A DNA stretch of 64,000 bases from Neocallimastix sp. 'constans' (taxonomy: Eukaryota). Positions within the stretch are counted from its first letter, which is position 1, and each line of letters begins with the position of its first letter. Position numbers and translations under genes: made by a program. Under the pieces are notes generated by a model that saw nothing but the letters and a program-made list of their open reading frames with translations, was not told the origin of the DNA and did not search any database. The stretch lies in the NCBI GenBank assembly GCA_050613775.1, contig JBODTK010000145.1:1-64000 (forward strand). The letters are read 5' to 3'. Positions 1-14,079 of this stretch are shown in pieces.

Positions 1-960
1 GTGGTAGTGTTGTAATATAATGGAATAATGGAATTTGTATTATTATTTTTTTATTTTGAGTATTCTTTAAAAGAATATAGCTTTTGTTTTTCTCATATAT
101 TATATTTTTTTTTTAGTTTCTTTTTGAATAAAAATTTATTATCAAAATAAGTTTTTATTTTATTATTATTATTATTATTTTATTATTTTATTATTGTTAT
201 TGTTATTATTGTTTTATTTTATTATTTATTTTATTTTATTTATATTATTATTTTTTTTTTTAATTTTTTCTTTTTTCAATTATTAGTTGTTCTTCCTAAG
301 TTTGTTCATTACTAATATAAAAAAATGGAATGTATTTATTTTTCTTTTATATAAAAGAAAAATAAAGATGGATTGGTGAATGATAAAAAAAAAGGGAATA
401 AATGGAATTTTTTTTTCTTTTTTTGGAAAGAAAAAAAAAAAGAGAGAAGTTAATTGTTTTATTCACTTAGAAACTAATAATTTTCTTTCTTATTTATTTT
501 TTTTTTTTAAATTATTATATTTAATTTTTTTTTTATCTTTTTCTTCCTGTTTTTAATATTAAAATAAAATAAATATATGTCTTTAATATTCTCCTTTAAT
601 TCTCTTTTGTGTACCAATATTTATTTAAAAAATAATATAAAATATAAGGTTTTTGATTTTATATAATATTTTTTAATAATAAAAAATTTTTTAAATATAG
701 TAATAAATTAAGAATATATTATATAAATTGATATTAAATAAAAATAAAATAAAAAAAAATATTATATATAATAATTATTAATAATTAAAAAATAAAAATT
801 ATGAGAGAAGTAGAGAAAAAATTATTAAAATATATTATATATAAATATTAGATATAAAATAATAATATTCTAAAAAAATATATATATTTAATAAATTATT
901 AATATTAATATTATTATTTTTTTCTCTTATTCCTTTGTTATTATTTTTTTTTTTTTTTTT

Positions 961-3400
961 TCTTCAAGATATATATATATATATATATAAAAAAAAAAAA
1001 AAAAATAAAATAAAAACAAAAAAATAAATAAATAAATATATATATGTATATTTTATTTCTATTTATAATTTAATATGACTTGATATTAAATTATGTATAA
1101 AGTTTATTATTATTATTATTTTTTTCTTTAATAAAAACATTTTTTACTTGATTTATTCATTTATTTATTTATTTATTATTTATAAAAAAATATATATTAT
1201 TTTATTAGTTAAAAAATAAGGAAAAAAGTTTTCTTATAGAAATACATTATAAAATTTTTAAATTTTACAAAACTTTTTAATCTTTCTTTTTATATATATA
1301 TATAAATAAGCAAAAACAACAATTAAAAAAAAAAAAAAAAAAGAAATGAAGTATTTTTTTTAAAAAACAAAAAACAAAATTAAAAATCAAATTAAAAATA
1401 TATATATATATATATTACTTTTTTAAGTTTATATATTTATAACCTTTAAGATTTTAATTATGAATTTTATTAATAGATATATTAATAATGATTGTTTTAT
1501 ATTTGATATATTCAATATATCAAATATAAAACAATCATTTTTTCATATTTTAAATCCTTTTCTATTCTTTCAATTTTTATTTTTTTATTTTCCAAATCTT
1601 TTTCTAATCTTTCATTTTTCTTTTTTTCATTCTTTAAATCCTTTTCTATTTTTTCAATTTTCATTCTTTCAATTTTTATTTTTTCATTATTTTAATCATT
1701 TTCTAGTCTTTTTTTCTCATTTTTTTCATTTTCAATATATTCAATAATTTTTTTTTAAAATGTAACTATTTTCACTAAATATTACATCAATTATATTTTT
1801 ATTTCTATATAAATATATTAATTTTATGAATTCAGGATTAATTTCTGAAATATTCTTTAAATGTACATAATATGATTTTTTTGAATTTATTACTTCTTCA
1901 ATATCTTTTTCATTGATGATTACTTTAAATTTTTTTTCTACTGAATATTCAACTAATAATATAAATATTTCAAGATTATTATGATCTATTGCACTAAATA
2001 TTGGATTAACTCCATCATCATTTTTTTTATTTATTTCCAAAACAATATCATTTTTATTAGCATAATCTATTAATAATTGAACCATTTCAATATTATTTCT
2101 TATAATAGCCCATATAAGTGGATTATTTCCTTGAAGATTTCTATTATTTAATTCTAAAACAATATTATTTTTATTAGCATAATCTATTAATAAATGTACC
2201 TTTTCAATATTATTGTTACAAGTAGCATATAAAAGTGGATACCACTCCTGTATATTTTTTTCATTTATTTCCAAAACAATTTTATTTTTATTGGCATATT
2301 CCATTAATAATTTAACCATTTCAATATTATTACCAACAGCATACAAAAATGGATACCATCCATATTTATTTTTTTCTTTTATTTCCAAAATAATATCATT
2401 TTTATTGGCATATTCTATTAATAATTTAACCATTTCAGTATTATCTCCATTCGTAGCCCATAAAAGTGGATATTCTCCATCTTTATTTATTTCATTTATT
2501 TCCAAAACAATTTTATTTTTATTGGCATATTCTATTAATAGTTTAACTATTTCAATATTATTTCTCTCAGTAGCCAATATAAGTGGATTATCTCCATTAT
2601 TATTTTTTTCATTTGTTTCCAAAATAATATCATTTTTGTTAGCATATTCTACCAATAATTTAACCATTTCAATATTTTTTTTATTTGTAGCACATATAAG
2701 TGGATTATCTCCTTTATTACTTTTTTCATTTATTTCCAAAACAAAATTGTTTTTATTTGCATATTCAATTAATAATTTAGCCATTTCGATATTATCCTTA
2801 TAAGTAGCATATAAAAGTGGATACCATTCATTTTTACCTTTTTCATTTAAATTCAAAACAATATTTTTTTCAATGGCATCATCTAAAATTTTTTTAACTT
2901 TTTGAGTCTCAGTTGCATTAATTCTTTTAATTTCTTGAATATAACTTTCGTCAAATATATGAAAACTCATATCTTCTCTTTCCTGATCTAATTCATATAT
3001 ATTATTAAAGGAATCCATGATTTATAAAATTCTTTATTTTTATTAAAGAAAAAAGTTTTTATTTATATTTAAAAAATAGAAGTTTTTTGAATTTTTATAA
3101 AAAAAATTTAAACTTATTTATTACTATTATTACTAAATTTCAAGAAATAATAATATTAAATATTTTAATATTTTTAGATTTTATTTTTAATTTTTATGTT
3201 AGGTATAATAAAAAAAAAATAACAAAGAATTATATGAATCTACTTATGGTTATTTCAAAAAATAATGATAATAAAAATTAAAATTTAAAAAAAATTTTTT
3301 TAGTATTTAAATCTTTTTTATATATAAAAAAATTTGGAACTAAAAAAAAAGTGGAACAAAAAAAAAAGTAGAACTAAAAATTTTGTAATTTTTTTTTTTT
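961..3400. repeat. Segmental duplication: 3' flank + ankyrin gene + 5' flank, repeated at about 9400-12080
   Basis: Gene and both flanks align by eye with about 9400..12080. The start codons (3018 and 11722) are 8704 bp apart. Confidence 0.9.
1741..3018 (-). pseudogene. Ankyrin-repeat protein, copy 1 (39-aa-period repeats); C-terminus lost relative to copy 2
   Basis: 425-aa ORF nearly identical to the N-terminal part of 9968..11722. It has T9 at 1748-1756 where copy 2 has T8, causing a frameshift. In the old frame there is a downstream TTA->TAA stop, and the terminal ankyrin repeat is missing. It may still make a truncated protein. Confidence 0.75.
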
Positions 3401-3817
3401 TTTTTTTTAATATGTTATTATTTATATAGAATTAAAAATAAAAAAAATTTAAATATTAAGATATTATATTTTAATTATATTTAAAAATAATTTTTTATTA
3501 TTAATAATAAATATAAATATTTATTATTATTATTTTTTTATTATGTCTTTTTTTTATTTCTTTTTTTTTTTTTATTTTATTTTTTTTTTAATTTTATTTT
3601 TGTTATATCTTTTATTTTTTATCATTTTATTATTTTTTATCATTTTATTATTATTATTTTTTTTATTTTATTTTATTTTATTTTTTTTTTATTTTTTATT
3701 TTTTTTTTTTTTTTTATTTCTTTTTTTTTTTATTTTTTTATTATTACTAATTTTTTTAACAGTAACAATTATTACGAACTTCAGACATTAATAAAATATT
3801 AAACTATTATTAATTTA

Positions 3818-3860
<43 letters not shown>

Positions 3861-4756
3861 TTAAATATTATATTATTTTAATAAATATTATTATAAATAT
3901 AATATAAATTAAATATTATATAAACTAGTATATAATTGTTATTTTGTATGCTGTTTTATATATGTTAATAATATTGCAATAATAATAGCTAAATATTGAT
4001 AGTTTAATTTGCATGCTAGTTTGGACTAATTTTAAGCATAAAACAGCATACAATATATTGATATAAAAAAATATGTGTATGTATATTTAATAATAATTAT
4101 TAAATACTATTAAATTATAATACTTTAATTCATATAAAATTTATATTGTTCTATATATTAGAATAAATAATTAATATATTACCTATTTCTTATAAATAGA
4201 TTAAATTATTTATATTAGAAATTAGAATTATTATTTTAATTGTACGAAATTTAAAATTTTATTATAATAAATTTTACTTAACAACTATTATTTTAAAACC
4301 CTCACTGCTTATAAATTATTGCATATTAAAGTCTCGCATATAAAAATTGGTAGAGATGTCGGGGATGTGCTGTGTAAAAAGTAATTTATAAGTAGTAGGG
4401 TTTAGTAATTATGTTAATTAATTATCAATACGTATATATTTACATAAATTCTCTACACTTAGGATTAATTAATATATACTGTTTAGGATATAGAATTTTA
4501 ATTTCTTTTTTATTGGCTATTTATAATTATTTTATCTTTGGTGAAGAGAGAGTTATGCAATATATGTTATTTCATTCATTTTAGTAGTTTAAATAAATTA
4601 TTTTAAAATAAATAAATTTTAGGAAAAATTTATAATTATATTAAATAATAATAATAATAATAAAAAAAAATAATAATAATAATTATATAAACAAGTATTT
4701 AAAATACATAAATTAAATAAAGACACATTATTATAAATAATAATTAATTATAAATA

Positions 4757-5340
4757 ATGAGTTGCTGTAGTAACATTAGTAGTTTTACTTGAAAACAGGC
4801 AGAGATTGACACTAGGACTCTTCTGAGAATTGGTGGATCTAGTAGAGATGCTGAAATAAGGAAATTTAGAATTAATAATTGGTTTAGGAGGGAAGATATT
4901 ACTACCGATATAAAAAATATAAAAAAAATTGAGTTACATAATTGCGGCGGCTGAAGATGACATTGTAAGAGTACTTATAAAAAAAGAAACAGAGATAAAT
5001 AAAACTCTTACATTAGATGAATGTATTGATCTCATAAAAAGGAAATATTGGAGAGAAAACCAAAAGAGCAATTGATTAAAGACAATTAAAACGATTGATT
5101 ATTGAGACAAAAGAGACAATGTATAATTTTAATACGAAATACTTTGATTTATATGATCAATTGGAAACGGAAGATAAAGCTTCTATTTCAGTTATTGATT
5201 ATGTGAATGCTCTTCTACCAAGAACACAATCATTATATAAGGATTGCTATGGAGGAATATGATTCTTTAGAAGATGCTTGAAGAAAGGCGAAAAAATACG
5301 AAAATATATTACAGGAATCTCAATTGAGAAATGAAAATAG
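4757..5340 (+). mobile_element. Degenerate LTR-retrotransposon gag-like fragment, copy 1
   Basis: Stitching frameshifts gives ..FRINNWFRREDIT..YIIAAAEDDIVRVLI..TLDECIDLIKRKYW..QLKRLIIETKETMYNFNTKYFDLYDQLE..ISVIDYVNALLPR..RIAMEEYDSLEDA*RKAKKYE, which resembles a Ty3/gypsy capsid with an MHR-like segment. Several stops and frameshifts; no pol. Confidence 0.6.
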
Positions 5341-5790
5341 TTTATATAATTATTATAATTATTCATCTATTAAGCAAATATATTATAACTATGATCAAAT
5401 CTATAGTCATTATATTAAATAATATATCGGCATAGTTTTATATTTAATTAATTATCTAAGCATATACATTTAAATATATATTAATATAGGCAACAACACT
5501 TAATATATATATAATAATGCTAAATAACAGTTATGTGTTTTTGTATGACTTTTTATCTCTACTTTGCTATTAAAATATATGTAAATTAACGGATTGATTT
5601 GATACTGGATTTGTAGTAGTTTTGCTATGTTTTGGCATCCAAATACATATTATTTCTTCATTATTTATAAAAATTACAATTATGAAATATATATATATAT
5701 ATATAAATGTAAATTGAATATTAATATTTTTATATCCATCAATTATAAGATTTTAATAATTTTTAATTATAAAATAAAAATAATATAAAA

Positions 5791-5933
<143 letters not shown>

Positions 5934-6483
5934 AAATAAATCATGAGTAGAAAAAATTTATATTTCTTCAAGATATATATATATATATATATATAAAAAA
6001 AAAAAATAAAAAAATAAAATAAAAACAAAAAAATAAAAAAATAAAATAAAAACAAAAAAATAAATAAATAAATATATATATATATGTATAATTTATTTCT
6101 ATTTTTAATTTAATATTACTTGATATTAAATTATGTATAAAGTTTATTAGTATTATTTTTTTTTTAATAAAAACACTTTTTTACTTGATTTATTCATTTA
6201 TTTTTTTTTTTTTTTATAAAAAAATATTTATTATTTTATTAGTTAAAAAATAAGGAAAAAAGTTAAAGAGATACATTATAAAATTTTAAATTTTACAAAA
6301 CTTTTTAATCTTTCTTTTTTATATATAAAAAGAGGCAAAAACAATAATTAAAAAAAACAAAAAAGATATGAAATATTTTTTTTTAAAAAACAAAAAATAA
6401 TAATAATAATTATATATACAAGTATTTAAAATACATAAATTAAATAAAGACACATTATTATAAATAATAATTAATTATAAACA

Positions 6484-7075
6484 ATGAGTTGTTGTAGTAA
6501 CATTAGTAGTTTTACTTGAAAACAGGCAGAGATTGACACTAGGACTCTTCTGAGAATTGGTGGATCTAGTAGAGATGCTGAAATAAGGAAATTTAGAATT
6601 AATAATTGGTTTAGGAGGGAAGATATTACTACCGATATAAAAAATATAAAAAAAATTGAGTTACATAATTGCGGCTGCTGAAGATGACATTGTAAGAGTA
6701 CTTATGAAAAAAGAAAAAAGAAAAAGAGGTAAATAGAACTCTTACATTAAATGAATGTGTTGATCTCATAAAAAGGAAATATTGGAGAGAAAACCAAAAG
6801 AGCAATTGATTAAAGACAATTAAAACGTTTAATTATTGAGACAAAAGAGACGATGTATAATTTTAATACGAAATACTTTGATTTATATGATCAATTGGAA
6901 ACGGAAGATAAAGCTTCTATTTCAGTTATTGATTATGTGAATGCTCTTCTACCAAGAACACAATCATTATATAAGGATTGCTATGGAGGAATATGATTCT
7001 TTAGAAGATGCTTGAAGAAAGGCGAAAAAATACGAAAATATATTACAGGAATCTCAATTGAGAAATGAAAATAGT
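6484..7075 (+). mobile_element. Degenerate gag-like fragment, copy 2
   Basis: Near-identical to 4757..5340 and shares its disabling lesions. Confidence 0.6.
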
Positions 7076-7533
7076 TTATATAATTATTATAATTATTCAT
7101 CTATTAAGCAAATATATTATAACTATGATCAAATCTATAGTCATTATATTAAATAATATATCGGCATAGTTTTATATTTAATTAATTATCTAAGCATATA
7201 CATTTAAATATATATTAATATAGGCAACAACACTTAATATATATATAATAATGATAGATAACAGTTAGGTTTTTTTGGATGACTTTTTATCTCTACTTTG
7301 CTATTAAAATATATGTAAATTAATGGATTGATTTGATACTGGATTTGTAGTAGTTTTGCTATGTTTTGGTATCCAAATACATATTATTTCTACATTATTT
7401 ATAAAAATTACAATTATGAAATATATATATATATAAATGTAAATTGAATATTAATATTTTTATATCCATCAATTATAAGATTTTAATAATTTTTAATTAT
7501 AAAATAAAAATAATATAAAATAATGTTATAAAA

Positions 7534-7680
<147 letters not shown>

Positions 7681-8204
7681 AAATAAATCATGAGTAGAAA
7701 AAATTTATATTTCTTCAAGATATATATATATATATATATAAAAAAAAAAAAAATAAAAAAATAAAATAAAAACAAAAAAATAAATAAATAAATATATATA
7801 TATATGTATAATTTATTTCTATTTTTAATTTAATATTACTTGATATTAAATAATGTATAAAGTTTATTAGTATTATTTTTTTTTTATAAAAACACTTTTT
7901 TACTTGATTTATTCATTTATTTTTTTTTTTTTTTTTATAAAAAAATATTTATTATTTTATTAGTTAAAAAATAAGGAAAAAAGTTAAAGAGATACATTAT
8001 AAAATTTTAAATTTTACAAAACTTTTTAATCTTTCTTTTTTATATATAAAAAGAGGCAAAAACAATAATTAAAAAAAACAAAAAAGATATGAAATATTTT
8101 TTTTTAAAAAACAAAAAATAATAATAATAATTATATATACAAGTATTTAAAATACATAAATTAAATAAAGACACATTATTATAAATAATAATTAATTATA
8201 AACA

Positions 8205-8795
8205 ATGAGTTGTTGTAGTAACATTAGTAGTTTTACTTGAAAACAGGCAGAGATTGACACTAGGACTCTTCCGAGAATTGGTGGATCTAGTAGAGATGCT
8301 GAAATAAGGAAATTTAGAATTAATAATTGGTTTAGGTGGGAAGGTATTACTACCGATATAAAAAATATAAAAAAAATTGAGTTACATAATTGCGGCTGCT
8401 GAAGATGACATTGTAAGAGTACTTATGAAAAAAGAAAAAAGAAACAGAGATAAATAGAACTATTACGTTAGATTAATATGTTGATCTCATAAAAAGGAAA
8501 TATTGGAGAGAATTCCAAAAGGGCAATGAATTAAAGACAATTAAAACGTTTAATTATTGAGACAAAAGAGACAGTGTATAATTTTAATACGAAATACTTA
8601 GATTTATCTGATCAATTGGAAACGGAAGATAAAGCTTCTATTTCAGTTATTGATTATATGAATGCTCTTCCTCCAAGAACATAATCATTATATAAGGATT
8701 GCTATGGAGGAATATGATTCTTTAGAAGATGCTTGTAGAAAGCGAAAAAATACGAAAATATATTACAGGAATCTCAATTAAGAAATGAAAAAAGT
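8205..8795 (+). mobile_element. Degenerate gag-like fragment, copy 3
   Basis: Slightly more diverged copy of 4757..5340. It retains some probably ancestral codons (ETVYNFNTKYLDL; TGT where copies 1 and 2 have TGA). Confidence 0.6.
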
Positions 8796-9242
8796 TTATA
8801 TAATTATTATAATTATTCATCTATTAAGCAAATATATTATAACTATGATCAAATCTATAGTCATTATATTAAATAATATATCAGCATAGTTTTATATTTA
8901 ATTAATTATCTAAGCATACACATTTAAATATATATTAATATAGGCAACAATACTTAATATATATTTAATAATGCTAGATAACAGTTATGTGTTTTTGTAT
9001 GACTTTTTATCTCTACTTTGCTATTAAAGTATATGTAAATTAATGGATTGATTTGATACTGGTTTTGTAGTAGTTTTGCTATGTTTTGGCATCCAAATAC
9101 ATAATATTTCTTCATTATTTAAAAAAATTACAATTATGAAATATATATATATATATAAATGTAAATTGAATATTAATATTTTTATATCCATCAATTATAA
9201 GATTTTAATAATTTTTAATTATAAAATAAAAATAATATAAAA

Positions 9243-9354
<112 letters not shown>

Positions 9355-9711
9355 ATAAAATAAATAAATAGAAATAAATCATGAGTAGAAAATATTTATA
9401 TTTCTTAAAGTTATATTAAAAAAAAAAAAAAAAAAAAAAATAAAATAAAAACAAAATAAATAAATAAATAAATATATATATGTATATTTTATTTCTATTT
9501 ATAATTTAATATGACTTGATATTAAATTATGTATAAAGTTTATTAGTATTATTTTTTTTTTTAATAAAAACACTTTTTTACTTGATTTATTCATTTATTT
9601 TTTTTTTTTTTTTTATAAAAAAATATTTATTATTTTATTAGTTAAAAAATAAGGAAAAAAGTTAAAGAAATACATTATAAAATTTTAAATTTTACAAAAC
9701 TTTTTAATCTT

Positions 9712-9748
<37 letters not shown>

Positions 9749-9755
9749 CAAAAAC

Positions 9756-9789
<34 letters not shown>

Positions 9790-9967
9790 ATGAAGTATTT
9801 TTTTTAAAAAACAAAAAAACAAAATTAAAAATTAAAAATTAAAAATCGAATTAAAAAGTATATATATATATTACTTTTTTTTAAGTTTATATATGTATAA
9901 CTTTTAAATATGGTAAATATTGATAATATATTTTATAAAACTGTTAACCTTGACTTCTTTATAAAAT

Positions 9968-11722
9968 TTAATTTAATAAACATTTTATTAAATTTATATT
10001 ACCATTTTTACATGCAATCAATAATGGAGTATCACCATCTTTATTTTTCTCATTGATATCCATTCCATTACGAATTAATTTTTTTACTTCTTCAATATTA
10101 CCTTGTTGACATTCATAGGTTAAATATGTATCCTTATCATCTCTTTTAGTATTTCTTTCTTTTTTCAATTGTTTTATCAATAATTTATATTTATTTTTTA
10201 TTATTTCTTTTTCCTTTTTTTCCTTTTTCAAATTTTGTTCTGTTCTTTCTTTTTCCTTTTTTTCCTTTTTCAAATTTTGTTCTGTTCTTTCTTTTTCCCT
10301 TTTTTCATTTTCCAAATCATTTTCTAATCTTTCATTTCTCATTTTTTCATCTTTTAAATCCTTTTCTATTCTTTCAATTTTCATTTTTTCATTATTTAAA
10401 TCCTTTTCTAGTCTTTTTTTCTCATTTTTTTCATTTTCAATATATTCAATAATTTTTTTTAAAATGTAACTATTTTCACTAAATATTACATCAATTATAT
10501 TTTTATTTCTATATAAATATATTAATTTTATGAATTCAGGATTAATTTCTGAAATATTTTTTATATCTCCAAGAAATATTTTTTTTGAATTTATTACGTC
10601 TTCAATATCTTTTTCATTGATGACTATTTTTAATTTTTTTTCTACTGAATATTCAACCAATAATGTAAATATTTCAAGATTATTACGATCTATTGCATAA
10701 AATATTGGATTAACTCCATTATCATTTTTTTCATTTATTTCCAAAACAATATCATTTATATTAGCATAATCTATTAATAATTGAACCATTTCAATATTAT
10801 TTCTTATAATAGCCCATATAAGTGGATTATTTCCTTGAAGATTTCTATTATTTAATTCTAAAACAATATTATTTTTATTAGCATAATCTATTAATAAATG
10901 TACCTTTTCAATATTATTGTTACAAGTAGCATATAAAAGTGGATACCATCCATATTTATTTTTTTCATTTATTTCCAAAACAATTTTATTTTTATTGGCA
11001 TATTCCATTAATAATTTAACCATTTCAATATTATTACCAACAGCATACAAAAATGGATACCATCCATATTTATTTTTTTCTTTTATTTCCAAAATAATAT
11101 CATTTTTATTGGCATATTCTATTAATAATTTAACCATTTCAGTATTATTTCCATTCGTAGCCCATAAAAGTGGATATTCTCCATCTTTATTTATTTCATT
11201 TATTTCCAAAACAATTTTATTTTTATTGGCATATTCTATTAATAGTTTAACTATTTCAATATTATTTCTCTCAGTAGCCAATATAAGTGGATTATCTCCA
11301 TTATTATTTTTTTCATTTGTTTCCAAAATAATATCATTTTTGTTAGCATATTCTACCAATAATTTAACCATTTCAATATTTTTTTTATTTGTAGCACATA
11401 TAAGTGGATTATCTCCTTTATTACTTTTTTCATTTATTTCCAAAACAAAATTGTTTTTATTGGCATATTCAATTAATAATTTAGCCATTTCGATATTATC
11501 CTTATCAGTAGCATATAAAAGTGGATACCATTCATTTTTACCTTTTTCATTTAAATTCAAAACAATATTTTTTTCAATGGCATCATCTAAAATTTTTTTA
11601 ACTTTTTGAGTCTCAATTGCATTAATTCTTTCAATTTCTTGAATATAACTTTCGTCAAATATAAGAAAACTCATATCTTCTCTTTCCTGATTTAATTCAT
11701 ATATATTATTAAAGGAATCCAT
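9968..11722 (-). CDS. Ankyrin-repeat protein with E/K coiled coil, copy 2 (584 aa, intronless)
   Basis: About eight repeats of NEKNxxGxxPLLxAxxxNNIEMVKLLIEYANKNxIxLEI (39 aa), then an E/K-rich coiled coil, then a canonical ankyrin (GMDINEKNKDGDTPLLIACKNGN). Confidence 0.9.
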   Translation of the reverse strand: MDSFNNIYELNQEREDMSFLIFDESYIQEIERINAIETQKVKKILDDAIEKNIVLNLNEKGKNEWYPLLYATDKDNIEMAKLLIEYANKNNFVLEINEKSNKGDNPLICATNKKNIEMVKLLVEYANKNDIILETNEKNNNGDNPLILATERNNIEIVKLLIEYANKNKIVLEINEINKDGEYPLLWATNGNNTEMVKLLIEYANKNDIILEIKEKNKYGWYPFLYAVGNNIEMVKLLMEYANKNKIVLEINEKNKYGWYPLLYATCNNNIEKVHLLIDYANKNNIVLELNNRNLQGNNPLIWAIIRNNIEMVQLLIDYANINDIVLEINEKNDNGVNPIFYAIDRNNLEIFTLLVEYSVEKKLKIVINEKDIEDVINSKKIFLGDIKNISEINPEFIKLIYLYRNKNIIDVIFSENSYILKKIIEYIENEKNEKKRLEKDLNNEKMKIERIEKDLKDEKMRNERLENDLENEKREKERTEQNLKKEKKEKERTEQNLKKEKKEKEIIKNKYKLLIKQLKKERNTKRDDKDTYLTYECQQGNIEEVKKLIRNGMDINEKNKDGDTPLLIACKNGNINLIKCLLN

Positions 11723-13026
11723 GATTTATAAAATTCTTTATTTTTATTAAAGAAAAAAGTTTTTATTTATTATTTAAAAAATATAAGTTTTTTGAATTTT
11801 TATAAAAAAAATTTAAACTTATTTATTACTATTATTACTAAATTTCAAGAAATAATAATATTAAATATTTTAAAATTTTTAGATTTTATTTTTAATTTTT
11901 ATGTTAGGTATAATAAAAAAAATAACAAATAATTATATGAATTTACTTATTTCAAAAAATAAAAAATAATGATAATAAAAATTTAAAATTAAAAAAAAAA
12001 TTTTTTTTAGCATTTAAATCTTTTTTATATATAAAAAAATTTGGAACTAAATATGGAACTAAAAAAATTTTTTTTTTTTTTTGTTATTATATAGAATTAA
12101 AAATAAAAATAAATTTAATTATTAATGAAAAGAAATTATTATAATTGATATAAAAATAAATAAATATGTTAAGATGATTAACATTAATTTAATTAATATA
12201 ACTAAAATATTTTGTTAACAAAAATGAAAATTAATATTTTAAAATTATCATATATTAACTCATATATTATTATATCGTAAAACCTCCAAATTTATAATTA
12301 TAATTGATTCAATACTAAATTATATAATTGTTAGAAATAAAGTTCAAGATTATATTATTAATATTTATGTAGTTATTTAGTATTTTAATAATAATTATTA
12401 TTTATGTAAAATATAAAATATGAATTTAAGTCATATGTTCACATTATACAATTTATGTTAATGTATTTATTATAATTCTAGAGTGTATTTTTTAATAACC
12501 AGTTCTTTTAAAAAAAAAGACATAACAAAAATAAAAAAAATAAATAAATAAAAAAGGATTTTTTTAACCATATTTTTCTATTAAATCTCTTTTTATATAT
12601 AAAAAAATTTGGAACTAAATATGGAACTAAATTTTTTTTTTTTTCTGCTATTATATAGAATTTTTTTATTATTAAATATAAATATATATAAATATAAATA
12701 TTTTCAAAAACAACAATTAAAAAAAAAAAAAAAAAAAATAAGATATGAAGTATTTTTTTAAAAAACAAAAAAAAAAAAAACAAAAAAAAAAAAAAATTAA
12801 AAATTAAATTAAAATGTATATATATATTACTTTTTTTAAGTTTATATATGTATAACTTTTAAGATTTTAATTATGAATTTTATTAATAGATATATTCAAT
12901 ATACCAAATATAAAATATGTGAAATTATTTTTTTATAATATAATAATAATATGATAAATATGGTAAATATGGTAAATATTGATAATACATTTTATAAAAC
13001 TGTTAACCTTGACTTCTTTTTAAAAT

Positions 13027-13233
13027 TTAATTTAATAAACATTTTATTAATTCTATATTACCATTTTTACATGCAATTAATAATGGATTATCACCATCTT
13101 TATTTTTCTCATTGATACCCATTCCACAATGAATAATTTTTTTTTTTATTTCAATATTGCCTTGTTGACATTCATAGGTTAAATATGTATACTTATCTCT
13201 TTTAGTATATATATATATATATATTTTTTTTTT

Positions 13234-13306
<73 letters not shown>

Positions 13307-13429
13307 CATTTTAATATATTCAATAATTTTTTTTTTTTTTAAAATGTAACTATTTTCATTAAATATTACTTCTTCAATTATATTTTTACTTCTATGTAAA
13401 TATATTAATTTTATGAATTCAGTATACAA
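13027..13429 (-). pseudogene. Ankyrin-repeat gene relic, copy 3 (C-terminal part only)
   Basis: Homologous to the end of copy 2 (EFIKLIYL..NSYILKK and TYLTYECQQGNIE..PLLIACKNGN..LIKCLLN*). The coiled-coil segment is replaced by a ~70-nt T run and (AT)n, with frameshifts. Confidence 0.85.
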
Positions 13430-13476
13430 AAATTGTTAAAACACATTTAAATTTCATTATATTCTATTTTACATTT

Positions 13477-13507
<31 letters not shown>

Positions 13508-13780
13508 TATTTTTCTTATGTTTTAAATTAAATAATTATTATAAAACGATGTATATCTATAAATATATGGTAAAAGAATTATGAATATTTTTATGTAAAA
13601 GTTTTATTATTTAAAAAATAGGAGAAAAGTATTAATTATAATAATAACAATAATAATAATATTAATAAAAAATAATAAATAAATAATTCGATAGGCATAG
13701 TTGTATGGTATTATTTTAAGTAAAAAAAAAAAAAAAAAAAAAGAAACTCTTTAACTCTTCATATATACATAATATATAGT

Positions 13781-13818
<38 letters not shown>

Positions 13819-14035
13819 ATAATTTCATACTAAAATATTTTTTAATATATTTTACAACATAAGGTTCATTTTCTATCATTGAGTATATATATACTTATTT
13901 TATATTTATATACATATATATAAATTTTAATATGTAATTCAATAAATATTATAAATATATGTATATATAAATTATAATATGTAATTACATAAGCATTATA
14001 TATTTTTTATATTTATAAATGGTTTGTTTAAATTT

Positions 14036-14079
<44 letters not shown>

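Noticed and set aside
2213..2803. Long antisense ORFs (also 10917..11609, 42083..42463, 45872..46165, 18854..19095)
   Set aside because: These are shadows of real genes on the opposite strand, caused by codon bias and repeats.
4241..4552. Candidate 5' LTR (TGTACG...) and primer-binding site (TGGTGAAGAG) upstream of the gag fragment
   Set aside because: There is no CA terminus before the TGG, no second LTR and no identifiable tRNA match. Plausible but unsupported.
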